Part shown: positions 46,932 through 55,176 of the stretch, piece by piece
Layout: each line of letters opens with the position of its first letter
Numbering within the stretch: the first letter of the stretch is position 1
NCBI GenBank assembly: GCA_020445255.1
Contig: JAGRGY010000049.1
Coordinates: 18,789-82,788, forward strand
Reading direction: 5' to 3'
From: Gammaproteobacteria bacterium
Lineage (GTDB): Bacteria; Pseudomonadota; Gammaproteobacteria; Chromatiales; Chromatiaceae
DNA length: 64,000 nucleotides
The notes under the pieces: generated by a model
What the model was told of the DNA's origin: nothing
The model's database searches: none
The model's input: the letters and a program-made list of their open reading frames with translations, nothing else
Made by a program: the position numbers and the translations under genes

Positions 46932-48428
46932 ATGAAACTAGCCCGCAGCATCCGCATCCTGATCGCCATGGCCGTTTTCGTGCTCGGCCTTGCGGCCCTG
47001 CTGCTGTTGTTGACGATCAGCGAATCGCTGCTGACCATCCAGGCCCACCTCGAGGCGTCGTCGCCATGGCTGCGGGGCGCGTGGTGGATGATTGCGGGTG
47101 CGTTGAGCCTGCTGGTCACGTGGCTCGTATGGCGCCTGCTGTCACCGTCCCGCAATCGTGCAGCCATCCGCACTGATTCCGATCGGGAGCCGCCCGACGC
47201 GGCGCGCATCGAAAGCGAGCTCGAGCGCGCAACGGCGCTTGGCGCCGACACGGCGGCGGCCCGCCGCGAGCTCGCCGAACTGGCGCACCGGCGCGGCAGC
47301 GGCGAGATCCACGTCGCGCTGTTCGGCGAGATCTCGACCGGCAAATCCAGCCTGATCGCCGCCCTGCTGCCGGACGCCGAGGCCGCCAGCGACGTGCGCG
47401 GCGGCACGACGCGTACACTGCACCGCTACCGCTGGCACAGTCCCGGTGGCGACACACTGGTCCTCACCGATATGCCCGGCACCGGCGATACCTCGGGTGC
47501 GCTCGACCGGGTCGCCGAAGACGAGGCCAAGCGCGCGCACATCGTCGTGTTCGTCACCGACGGCGACCTGAACCGCGCGCAGCACGTGGCGCTGCAGGAA
47601 CTGCTGGCGCTGAAGAAGCCGCTGCTTTTGGCACTGAACAAGAGCGACCGTTACTCGGACGCCGAACTCACGCTGCTCGATCGTCGGCTGCGCGACACCA
47701 TCGCCGACAGCGAACACGCCGAACTGGTCCGGGTATCCACAGCCGCGCGGCGCGAGGTGATCCGGATCGCGCCCGATGGTGGAGAGACCGTCGAGACGCG
47801 CGCCGTCGCGCCGCAGATCGACGCATTCGCGCATGCCCTGCAGCGCCTGCTCGACAACACCGACAGCGTGCTCGACCGCCTGCGCGACAGCGCCACCTTC
47901 GTGCTGGTCGGCCAGCATCTCGAGCGTGCGGTCGCCGAGGCACGCCGGACCCAGGCCGATGCCCTGGTCGACGCCTATGCGAAGAAGGCCGTTGTCGGCG
48001 CACTGGCCGCCATCACGCCGGGTTCCGACCTGCTGATCCAGGGCTATCTCGGCACGCAGCTGGTCAAGGAACTCGCGGCGCTGTACGACACCAAAGTCCG
48101 CAAGGTCGACAGCGATCTATTGCTGCACCTGGTGCAAAAGCACGCCGGCAAGGCCCACACCCTGCTGCTGGCGGTGGCCGGCAACGCGCTGAAAGCCTTC
48201 CCTGGCATCGGGACCCTGGCCGGTGGGGCATTGCATGCGGTTGCCTACGGCATCATCTTCCGCACCCTCGGTCGCGCACTGACCACGACCCTGGCGACGC
48301 GCGGTGAACTGCACCCGCGCCAGGCCGCCAAACTGTTCGAGGAGAGACTCGGTGAAGATCTGGAGACGTCTGCGCGCGGCCTTGCCAGGCTGGTGGTCGA
48401 ACGATCCGACACCGGCGGAGAGCGCTGA
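46932..48428 (+). CDS. membrane GTPase with C-terminal DUF697-like domain (paralog 1)
   Basis: Two N-terminal TM helices. G1 is GEISTGKSS, G3 is DMPG and G4 is NKSD. The hydrophobic C-terminal domain is AKKAVVGALAAITPGSDLLIQGYLG...GIGTLAGGALHAVAYGIIF. Confidence 0.8.
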   Translation: MKLARSIRILIAMAVFVLGLAALLLLLTISESLLTIQAHLEASSPWLRGAWWMIAGALSLLVTWLVWRLLSPSRNRAAIRTDSDREPPDAARIESELERATALGADTAAARRELAELAHRRGSGEIHVALFGEISTGKSSLIAALLPDAEAASDVRGGTTRTLHRYRWHSPGGDTLVLTDMPGTGDTSGALDRVAEDEAKRAHIVVFVTDGDLNRAQHVALQELLALKKPLLLALNKSDRYSDAELTLLDRRLRDTIADSEHAELVRVSTAARREVIRIAPDGGETVETRAVAPQIDAFAHALQRLLDNTDSVLDRLRDSATFVLVGQHLERAVAEARRTQADALVDAYAKKAVVGALAAITPGSDLLIQGYLGTQLVKELAALYDTKVRKVDSDLLLHLVQKHAGKAHTLLLAVAGNALKAFPGIGTLAGGALHAVAYGIIFRTLGRALTTTLATRGELHPRQAAKLFEERLGEDLETSARGLARLVVERSDTGGER

Positions 48429-49710
48429 CACCCAAGGCGACAGGCATCTGGCGCTCGCCCGTGAGAGCCTGCGCGAGCTGCTGCGCGACGAGCGCGTCCC
48501 GCTCGAGGTGCGCGAATCGCTCGCCGACGACTACCGCGAGGTCGAGGTCATGCTCGACAAGCTCGAGCAGGGCCACGTCCACATCGCCGTCTTCGGCCGC
48601 GTCAGCGTCGGCAAGTCGGCGCTGGTCAACGCATTGCTCGGCGAACGGCGCTTCACCACCAGCCCACTGCACGGTGAGACGCGAACGATCCAGCATGGCC
48701 ATTGGACGGAGTTTCGCGACGGCAATGTGTTCCTGATCGATACGCCCGGCATCAACGAAGTTGACGGCGAGGGGCGCGAGCGACTGGCGCGTGACGTGGC
48801 ATCGCGCAGTGATCTGGTACTGTTCGTCGTCGACGGCGATCTGACCCGGGTCGAAGTCGACGCCCTGCGGGCGCTCGCCGACACACGCCGCCCGCTGTTG
48901 CTCGTGCTGAACAAGGTCGACCGCTACAGCAGCACGGAACAGGCGCAGCTGCTCGACGCACTCCGCACGCATGCCGCCGATCTCGTGCAACGCGAAAATA
49001 TCGTCCCGGTCGCCGCCCAGCCGGCACCGCAATGGGTGGTGCGGGTCGACGCCGAAGGCAATGAACGCGAGGAACAGCGTGCGCGGACGGTCCAGGTAGA
49101 CGAACTGAAGACACGGCTGTGGGAACTGCTCGAACAGGAGGGCAAGACGCTGGCGGCGCTGAACGCCTCGCTGTTCGCGGGAATGTTGAGCGACCAGGTT
49201 GCCGCGCGCGTGCTGACCGCGCGGCGCACACTCGGCGAGCGCGTGATCCGCACCTGGTGCATCGCCAAGGGGGTCGCCGTCGCGCTGAACCCGGTGCCTG
49301 TCGCCGACCTGGCCGCCGCGGCGATCGTCGACGTGAGCATGGTGGTGCACCTGTCACGCGCTTACGGTCTGCCGATGAGTCGTGGTGATGCCGGCAACCT
49401 GGTCAGGACGATCGGCGCACAGATGTTGCTGTTGATGGGAACGGTGTGGGCGGTGCATGTCGTCGCGTCGGCACTCAAGCTCGGGACCGGCGGGCTTTCC
49501 GCCGTGGTCACCGGCGGCGCGCAGGGTGCGGTCGCGTACTACGGCACCTATGTGGTGGGTCGCGCCGCCGAGCGCTACCTGGCCAATGGCAAGTCGTGGG
49601 GCGACGCCGGACCCAAGCTCGCGGTCAGGGAGATTCTCGACTCGCTGGACCGCGAATCCATCCTGGCCCAGGCAAAGGCCGACATCCGCGCGCGCCTCGG
49701 CGGCGGGTGA
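48352..49710 (+). CDS. GTPase with C-terminal DUF697-like domain (paralog 2)
   Basis: G1 is GRVSVGKSA, G3 is DTPG and G4 is NKVD. The C-terminus is WCIAKGVAVALNPVPVADLAAAAIVDVSMV... GTG at 48352 is preceded by GAGGAG and overlaps paralog 1 by 77 nt. The tracked ATG at 48304 would overlap more. Confidence 0.8.
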   Translation: MKIWRRLRAALPGWWSNDPTPAESADTQGDRHLALARESLRELLRDERVPLEVRESLADDYREVEVMLDKLEQGHVHIAVFGRVSVGKSALVNALLGERRFTTSPLHGETRTIQHGHWTEFRDGNVFLIDTPGINEVDGEGRERLARDVASRSDLVLFVVDGDLTRVEVDALRALADTRRPLLLVLNKVDRYSSTEQAQLLDALRTHAADLVQRENIVPVAAQPAPQWVVRVDAEGNEREEQRARTVQVDELKTRLWELLEQEGKTLAALNASLFAGMLSDQVAARVLTARRTLGERVIRTWCIAKGVAVALNPVPVADLAAAAIVDVSMVVHLSRAYGLPMSRGDAGNLVRTIGAQMLLLMGTVWAVHVVASALKLGTGGLSAVVTGGAQGAVAYYGTYVVGRAAERYLANGKSWGDAGPKLAVREILDSLDRESILAQAKADIRARLGGG

Positions 49711-49949
49711 GCTCGAAGACGGCGGCCCGGGGCGCGCGGCGCGCGCCTGCCAAGACTCGCGCCCGGCTCTGGCGCTCGACCAGGCAAGTGCCGGATCGGC
49801 ACGACGGTGGCAGTACCGCGCAAGCCATGAGGTAACCGTCACCCAATTGACGGGGCCCGGCGTCCCTTCCCCGACCGCGCGAACGGCAAGCGGCCACCGG
49901 CCGCGACGCGGTCGGCATTCGTGTCGGATCGCATACCCCAAAGAGAAAG

Positions 49950-49978
49950 AATTTAACTATTTACTAAATAGTTAAATT
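49950..49978. promoter_or_regulatory. perfect 29-bp AT-rich palindrome (14-bp arms, 1-nt centre): candidate operator overlapping a sigma70-like promoter
   Basis: The sequence is AATTTAACTATTTA-C-TAAATAGTTAAATT, and I verified the arms as exact reverse complements. It sits in an approx. 60-bp AT-rich island about 85 nt upstream of the glsB-like ATG (50064). A possible -35 TTTACT (49960-49965) and -10 TAGTTT (49983-49988) are spaced 17 nt apart. Confidence 0.6.
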
Positions 49979-50063
49979 TATGTAGTTTCAGCGTGTTGAA
50001 TCACGATATCGGCGTGCTGTCCGCGCCGATCGTCAACCGTTGGCGCTCGCCGGGGAGGGCATC

Positions 50064-50333
50064 ATGCCGCTGTGGGTACTTATCGTCTGGTTGGTCATCG
50101 GCATCGCTGCCGGGTTTCTCGCACCGCGGTTCCTGGGCCGGCCGGCAGGCGGCCCGCTGGGCGACCTGGTCATGGGTATCGTCGGCGCCCTGCTGGGCGG
50201 CTACGGTCTTTCGCTGGTGCTTCCCGATGCGCTGCGTGGCGCAGTGGGCGGCCTGGTCTCCACGGTACTGGTCGCCGTGGTCGGTGCGCTGGCGCTGATC
50301 GGGATCGCGCGCCGGCTGAAGAAGTCTGCCTGA
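50064..50333 (+). CDS. GlsB/YeaQ/YmgE-family small stress membrane protein
   Basis: MPLWVLIVWLVIGIAAGFLA...GDLVMGIVGALLGGY...VVGALALIGI. ATG at 50064 is preceded by GGGGAGGG. Confidence 0.8.
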   Translation: MPLWVLIVWLVIGIAAGFLAPRFLGRPAGGPLGDLVMGIVGALLGGYGLSLVLPDALRGAVGGLVSTVLVAVVGALALIGIARRLKKSA

Positions 50334-50346
50334 AGCGGGGCACACC

Positions 50347-50976
50347 ATGAGTGACAGGAACTGGTTCGACGCACTGTCCGAGATCTTGAGCAAGCCCCTG
50401 CCGGGTACCGAGAAATCGGACAGTCCCAACGACAAACCGGTCGTCTTCACCGACGATGACGATGACGATTCGCTGCTGGACAAGATCACCGACATCCTCA
50501 GCAAGCCGCTACCGGGTACCGCACCTGCGGCGCCCACCGGGACGGCAACCGCCCAAACCCAGCCCGACGCCAGTGCGGCGCCGGAAAACCCGGGCGAGTC
50601 CGCAGTGCGCGATGCCGAGTCGCCGGACGCCGACCCGGTCTCGACCACTGCCGCGGCGGGTGCCGACTGGATGCAGCGCGAATACGAGCGCTTCAACGAT
50701 CACCAGGAACACAATCGCAAGGCGTTCAGTGAACAGCAGCGAATCGAGCAGGAGCGCTTCGCCGCCTACCAGCGCATGCAACTGGAACAGTTCATGAAAT
50801 CGCAGGACCGCGAGCGCCAGGTGTTCAAACAACACCAGGAGGCCCGTTTCCGGATGTGGCAGCACGACCTGCGCCAGGTCTATGCGCCGCCGGGGATGCC
50901 TCCCGCTGGGTTCCCGCCCGGTATGGCACCTCCGCCGCCGCCCCCACCGCCGCCACCCTGGTGGCGCAAGCGATAG
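50347..50976 (+). CDS. hypothetical protein with duplicated ILSKPLPGT motif, Q/E/R-rich repeats and poly-proline C-terminus
   Basis: It lies 13 nt after the glsB-like gene. LSEILSKPLPGT and ITDILSKPLPGT are 37 aa apart. Recurrent x-E/Q-R-F units are present (EYERF, EQERF, LEQF, RQVF, EARF). The C-terminus is PPGMPPAGFPPGMAPPPPPPPPPPWWRKR. Confidence 0.6.
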   Translation: MSDRNWFDALSEILSKPLPGTEKSDSPNDKPVVFTDDDDDDSLLDKITDILSKPLPGTAPAAPTGTATAQTQPDASAAPENPGESAVRDAESPDADPVSTTAAAGADWMQREYERFNDHQEHNRKAFSEQQRIEQERFAAYQRMQLEQFMKSQDRERQVFKQHQEARFRMWQHDLRQVYAPPGMPPAGFPPGMAPPPPPPPPPPWWRKR

Positions 50977-51067
50977 ACGTCGCGCGCGAAGCGGGGGGCC
51001 GCGGGGCCCCCAGGCGCATTGCCGGTTCGCCGTCGATGTTCCGGTGACCGGACCCGAGCGACGCGAT

Positions 51068-51619
51068 TCACCGCATGAAGCGCCCCGCCATGCCGATCAC
51101 ATCGTCCAGAATCGAACCGTCCTTGTCGGCATCGAGGAACCCGGTCAGCAGACTGCCGAGACCTCCCGACTCGGGCGCTGCCGCCTGCGCAGCCGCACCG
51201 GACGCCAAACCGCGCTTGGCCATCGCACCCATTGCCATGCTGGCCAGCATCGGCAGCATCTTCTTCAGGATCCCTGTGTCGACGCCGGTGCTCTCCGCAG
51301 CCCGCGACGCGACCTGGCGGCTCACATCCTTGCTGCCGAAGATGTGGCCGAGAATGCCGTTACCGTCGTCGATCGCCGCCTGCCGCGTGACCGATTCCGG
51401 TTCATCGATGTACTGACTGTGGTTGCCGCGCGACAGCGCGCCGATGAGTTCGTCGAGCCCCTGCGGACTCGCCGTATTGCGGCTGATCCCCTTGCTCAGC
51501 GCCGGAACCAGCGCACCAATCGCCGAGCGTGCGCTACCCTCGTCGAGCTGGAAGTTGTTTGCGATCTGGCGTACCAGCCCGCCGTCTTGCGTGTTCAGGA
51601 TCATATCCAACAGGTTCAT
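51068..51619 (-). CDS. DUF937 (YidB-like) family protein
   Basis: MNLLDMILNTQDGGLVRQIANNFQLDEGSARSAIGALVPALSKGI..., ILGHIFG, and ...GILKKMLPMLASMAMGAM, as in DUF937 annotations recalled from memory. Confidence 0.6.
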   Translation of the reverse strand: MNLLDMILNTQDGGLVRQIANNFQLDEGSARSAIGALVPALSKGISRNTASPQGLDELIGALSRGNHSQYIDEPESVTRQAAIDDGNGILGHIFGSKDVSRQVASRAAESTGVDTGILKKMLPMLASMAMGAMAKRGLASGAAAQAAAPESGGLGSLLTGFLDADKDGSILDDVIGMAGRFMR

Positions 51620-51843
51620 GGTTCGATTCCTCTGCTATGGCCGCTATTGATGGTGCTGACTGGTTGGCGCGGTTAAAGCCGACGATCAGGTGCCTGCCGA
51701 CCGAGACGCAATGCGCACGTGATCACGGGACAAAGCCAGCCGCTGCAACACAACGGTACGAAATCCGGACGACAAAGCGATCGTGTCACGACGCCTGGGA
51801 CGCTCCCATCGGGGTCGTTCGGGCCGATCCACCGCGGTCGACA

Positions 51844-52059
51844 TCAGGAGCCCGCGGCAAGACCGACCACGAGTTTTACAACACCCCAAACGGCGAGGAT
51901 GAACACGACGGTCAGCAGGATGCCCACCAGGATGAAATCGCGCGGCCGTCCGCGCTTGAAATCACGCTCGCGCACTTCGTTCTTCTGTACGCCGATAAAC
52001 GACGACATGACGCTGCCCAAAACCTGGAAAAACGACAGTTTCTGCTCCTCGTCGGACAC
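51844..52059 (-). CDS. DUF2970-like small membrane protein
   Basis: GTG at 52059 is preceded by GGAG. The sequence LSFFQVLGSVMSSFIGVQKNEVRERDFKRGRPRDFILVGILLTVVFILAVWGVV matches the DUF2970 pattern as recalled. The tracked 140-aa ORF is over-extended. Confidence 0.55.
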   Translation of the reverse strand: MSDEEQKLSFFQVLGSVMSSFIGVQKNEVRERDFKRGRPRDFILVGILLTVVFILAVWGVVKLVVGLAAGS

Positions 52060-52287
52060 CTTGATACTCCTGCGTCGGCATCGATGGGGGATGCACAGTT
52101 TGCCAGAAAACGGACCCGCTGCGACGTGCGGCCAGGTTACCAAAAGGTAACGAGGCCCGGCGCACCGGCGCCGCACTGCAAACATGCAATCCGCGGCACG
52201 GTACCGGTCGCGCCCCACGACGGCCGCCGGGAAAATGTCACACGGCCCTCGACGCCACAAACCCAATCGAATCCGGCTGGGTCCACC

Positions 52288-52530
52288 GTGAGCCAGACAA
52301 ACCTCGCGGGACCTGTCGCCTTCGGCGTCGAACCTTCATCGACCCGGCGTCGGATCGTGGCCCGTGCGCTGTCCAACAACGGCATCACCACCCTTAGCGA
52401 TTGCAGGAACGGCGCCGAGGCCCTCGGCCGGCTCGCCGCCGTTCGGCACAGCGGCATGTCCGTGATCTGCGACGAAACGTTCGAGCCGTCCGTCGTGCGC
52501 AGTCTCGTGCACCGGATGATCGAGACTTGA
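52288..52530 (+). CDS. possible small ORF resembling the first half of a CheY-like receiver domain (very tentative)
   Basis: GTG at 52288. By hand count, 66 of 80 sense codons end in G/C, which is typical of real frames here. RRRIVARALSNNGITTLSDCRNGAEALGRL...MSVICDETFEP resembles receiver beta1-alpha1-beta2-alpha2-beta3. The acidic pocket is not intact and the product stops after about 80 aa. Confidence 0.3.
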   Translation: MSQTNLAGPVAFGVEPSSTRRRIVARALSNNGITTLSDCRNGAEALGRLAAVRHSGMSVICDETFEPSVVRSLVHRMIET

Positions 52531-52572
52531 CGCAGGCCGGGCCAAAGCCGGTGATGCGCAAGTCGCCGATGT

Positions 52573-55095
52573 TTACATGCGCCGCTTGGTGAACCGCGTT
52601 GCCTGTGCCGTGGCCGGATCATCCGGCCAGTAGTGTCTGGGATACCGTCCGCGCATCTCCTTCTTCACCTCGGCATAGGCGCCCCGCCAGAAACCGGCCA
52701 GATCACGTGTCACCTGAAGCGGGCGTCCCGCCGGCGACAGCAGATGCAGCACCGGCGCGACGCGTCCGCCAGCCAGTGTCGGCCCCTGCTGCATGCCCAG
52801 CACCTCCTGCAGTGGCACAGCGATCACAGGATCGGCATCCGCTGCATACGTGACGGCCCGGCGCGTACCCGCCGGCGTCTCGAACGCCGTCGGCAAGGCG
52901 CGATCGAGCGCCTGTTCGCGCTCCCTGCCCAGCCAGGTCCGCAGCATGCGATCGAGCGACAGCGCACGCAGCTGGCGGATGCCCTGCCCGGCCTTGAGCC
53001 ACGCCGGCAGCCACTCATACGCCGCATCGGCGAGGCCGGAATCGGAAACGTCGGGCCACCCGGCGTGCGGCTCGAGCGAACGCATCAGCGTAACGCGCGC
53101 GCGCAGTTGCGACGGATCATCGAACAAGGCCGTGACACCGCGCTCGCGCATCTGCGCGATCAGCACGTCGGTCACCGGGTCGTCCGCAGTGAGCGCACGC
53201 GACTCGTCGTCGATCACAATCGCGTCGAGACGGCGCACGTGGCGGGCCACGACATCGCCGAGACGTGGGTCCCAACGCACCTCGCGACGCGCGACGATGA
53301 GATCGGCAAACAGCGCTGCGAAGCGCCGCGCCGTGAGCTTCGCAGCCAGCCAGACGATGCCGTCGCGGCGCCCGGCATCCATGCTCGCGATGGCGAGATA
53401 ATCGCTGCCGCGCAGCGGATCACCCTCTCCCAACAGTACGGCGCGGCCGTTGCGCAGCAGGAAACGCCGACCATCCGTCGACGTGCAGCGCGCCACACGT
53501 TCCGGAAATGCCAGCGCGAGCAGACCGCCGATATCATCCGGGCCGTCGCCGGTCACCGCCGTGTCGGCAGCGATGCGTTTGAGTTGCGTCGCCACCTTGT
53601 CGACCTGGCGAAGCGCATGGCGATCGCTACCGGCAGGCAATGCAGCCCCGCTGCGCAGGTCAGCGAGGGCGGCGACACGCAGTTCGATGTCCGCCGAGCG
53701 CGCGCCGCCATCGCGCGGCCGCAGCACGTCGCGTTCGGCGACCAGCGCAGCCAGGTCGGCGGCCGTCGCGACCGCCCCGTGATCAGCCGCCACCAGCATG
53801 TGCGCAAGACGGGGATGCACCGGCAGTCGCGCCATCGCGCGGCCAATTGCGGTGATGCGCGATTGTGCGTCCAATGCACCGAGCAGCCGCAGCAGTTCAA
53901 CGGCCTGGGCCCAGTGCGCGGACGACGGCGGGTCGAGCCAGCGCAGTTCGTCGGCATGCGTGACACCCCAGTTGGCCAGTTCGAGCACCAGCGGTGCGAG
54001 GTCGGCGTCGGCGATCTCCGGCCCCGTCGCATCGTCGCGACGCGCGTGGCGCTGCCGGGTCCATGCGCGGAAGCAGTGCCCGGGACCCAGCCGGCCCGCG
54101 CGGCCGGCACGCTGCGTGGCCGACGCCTTACTGATCGCTACGGTTTCCAGGCGCGTCAGGCCGGTGTTCGGATCGAAACGCGGCCGACGGGCAAGGCCGC
54201 TGTCGACGACGACATCGACACCCTCGATGGTCAGGCTCGACTCAGCGATGTCGGTCGCCAGAATGACGCGCCGCCGCTCGGCCCGGCCGTGCAATACGCG
54301 ATCCTGTGCGTCGGAGGCCATATCGCCGTACAGCATTGCGACCTCGATGTCGGGCGGCAGCCGCTCCGCCAGCGCCCGCTGCATGGCCGTGATCTCGCGA
54401 CGCCCGGGCAGGAAGGTAAGCACATCACCGTTCGCGGCGGACAGCGCCCGATCGAGCACGGAGAGACATGCGGCGACAGGATCCCGATCGCTCGGCTCAC
54501 TCTCCAGGTAGTGCTCGGTGACCGGGTGCCCGCGTCCCGGCGCCGTGATGACGCCCGCGCTCATCAGCTGCGCCAGCGGGGCGGCATCGAGGGTCGCCGA
54601 CATCGCGAGCAGACGCAGGTCATCACGCACGGAGCCGCCGCTGTCCAGACACAGCGCGAGTGACAGATCCCCGTACAGGTTGCGCTCGTGGAATTCGTCG
54701 AAGATCACCAGCCCGATGCCGGTGAGTTCCGGATCGGCCTGCAGACGGCGCAGCAGCAGGCCCTCGGTGACGACCTCGATGCGTGTCGCCGGCGACGTCT
54801 TGCGCTCGAACCGCACCTGGTAGCCGACCCGCTGGCCAACCGGCTCACCGAGCAACTGCGCCATACGGTGGGCCGCCATGCGCGCCGCGGGGCGCCGCGG
54901 CTCCAGCATGACGATGCCACTGTCGGCCAACCAGGGCTCGTCGAGCAAGAGCAACGGTACCAGCGTGGTTTTGCCGGAACCGGGTTCCGCCGTCAGCACC
55001 GCGTGGCGCTCCGCGAGCACCTCGCGCAACGCCGGCAGACAGGCCCTCACCGGCAGATCGTGCGCACCGTCGACAGTGGTTTTTTGTCGCTGCAA
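52573..55095 (-). CDS. hrpB: ATP-dependent RNA helicase HrpB (DEAH-box)
   Basis: AEPGSGKTT, FDEFHER, SATL, TDIAESSLTI, QRAGRAGR, and the HrpB C-terminal domain. Confidence 0.93.
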   Translation of the reverse strand: MQRQKTTVDGAHDLPVRACLPALREVLAERHAVLTAEPGSGKTTLVPLLLLDEPWLADSGIVMLEPRRPAARMAAHRMAQLLGEPVGQRVGYQVRFERKTSPATRIEVVTEGLLLRRLQADPELTGIGLVIFDEFHERNLYGDLSLALCLDSGGSVRDDLRLLAMSATLDAAPLAQLMSAGVITAPGRGHPVTEHYLESEPSDRDPVAACLSVLDRALSAANGDVLTFLPGRREITAMQRALAERLPPDIEVAMLYGDMASDAQDRVLHGRAERRRVILATDIAESSLTIEGVDVVVDSGLARRPRFDPNTGLTRLETVAISKASATQRAGRAGRLGPGHCFRAWTRQRHARRDDATGPEIADADLAPLVLELANWGVTHADELRWLDPPSSAHWAQAVELLRLLGALDAQSRITAIGRAMARLPVHPRLAHMLVAADHGAVATAADLAALVAERDVLRPRDGGARSADIELRVAALADLRSGAALPAGSDRHALRQVDKVATQLKRIAADTAVTGDGPDDIGGLLALAFPERVARCTSTDGRRFLLRNGRAVLLGEGDPLRGSDYLAIASMDAGRRDGIVWLAAKLTARRFAALFADLIVARREVRWDPRLGDVVARHVRRLDAIVIDDESRALTADDPVTDVLIAQMRERGVTALFDDPSQLRARVTLMRSLEPHAGWPDVSDSGLADAAYEWLPAWLKAGQGIRQLRALSLDRMLRTWLGREREQALDRALPTAFETPAGTRRAVTYAADADPVIAVPLQEVLGMQQGPTLAGGRVAPVLHLLSPAGRPLQVTRDLAGFWRGAYAEVKKEMRGRYPRHYWPDDPATAQATRFTKRRM

Positions 55096-55176
55096 TGACT
55101 ATCTTCCGGGGGCTGCGGTTGCTGCAACGGGTGCGGAGCACGAATTGCCGTCAAACTATACAACAGCGCAAAAACC

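Noticed and set aside
50900-50950. A GC-rich CCG/CCC run encoding the poly-proline tail, considered as a slipped-strand contingency repeat.
   Set aside because: The run is not a pure homopolymer or perfect short tandem repeat at DNA level, because the Pro codons are mixed (ccg ccg ccg ccc cca ccg ccg cca ccc). Phase variation by slippage is therefore unlikely.
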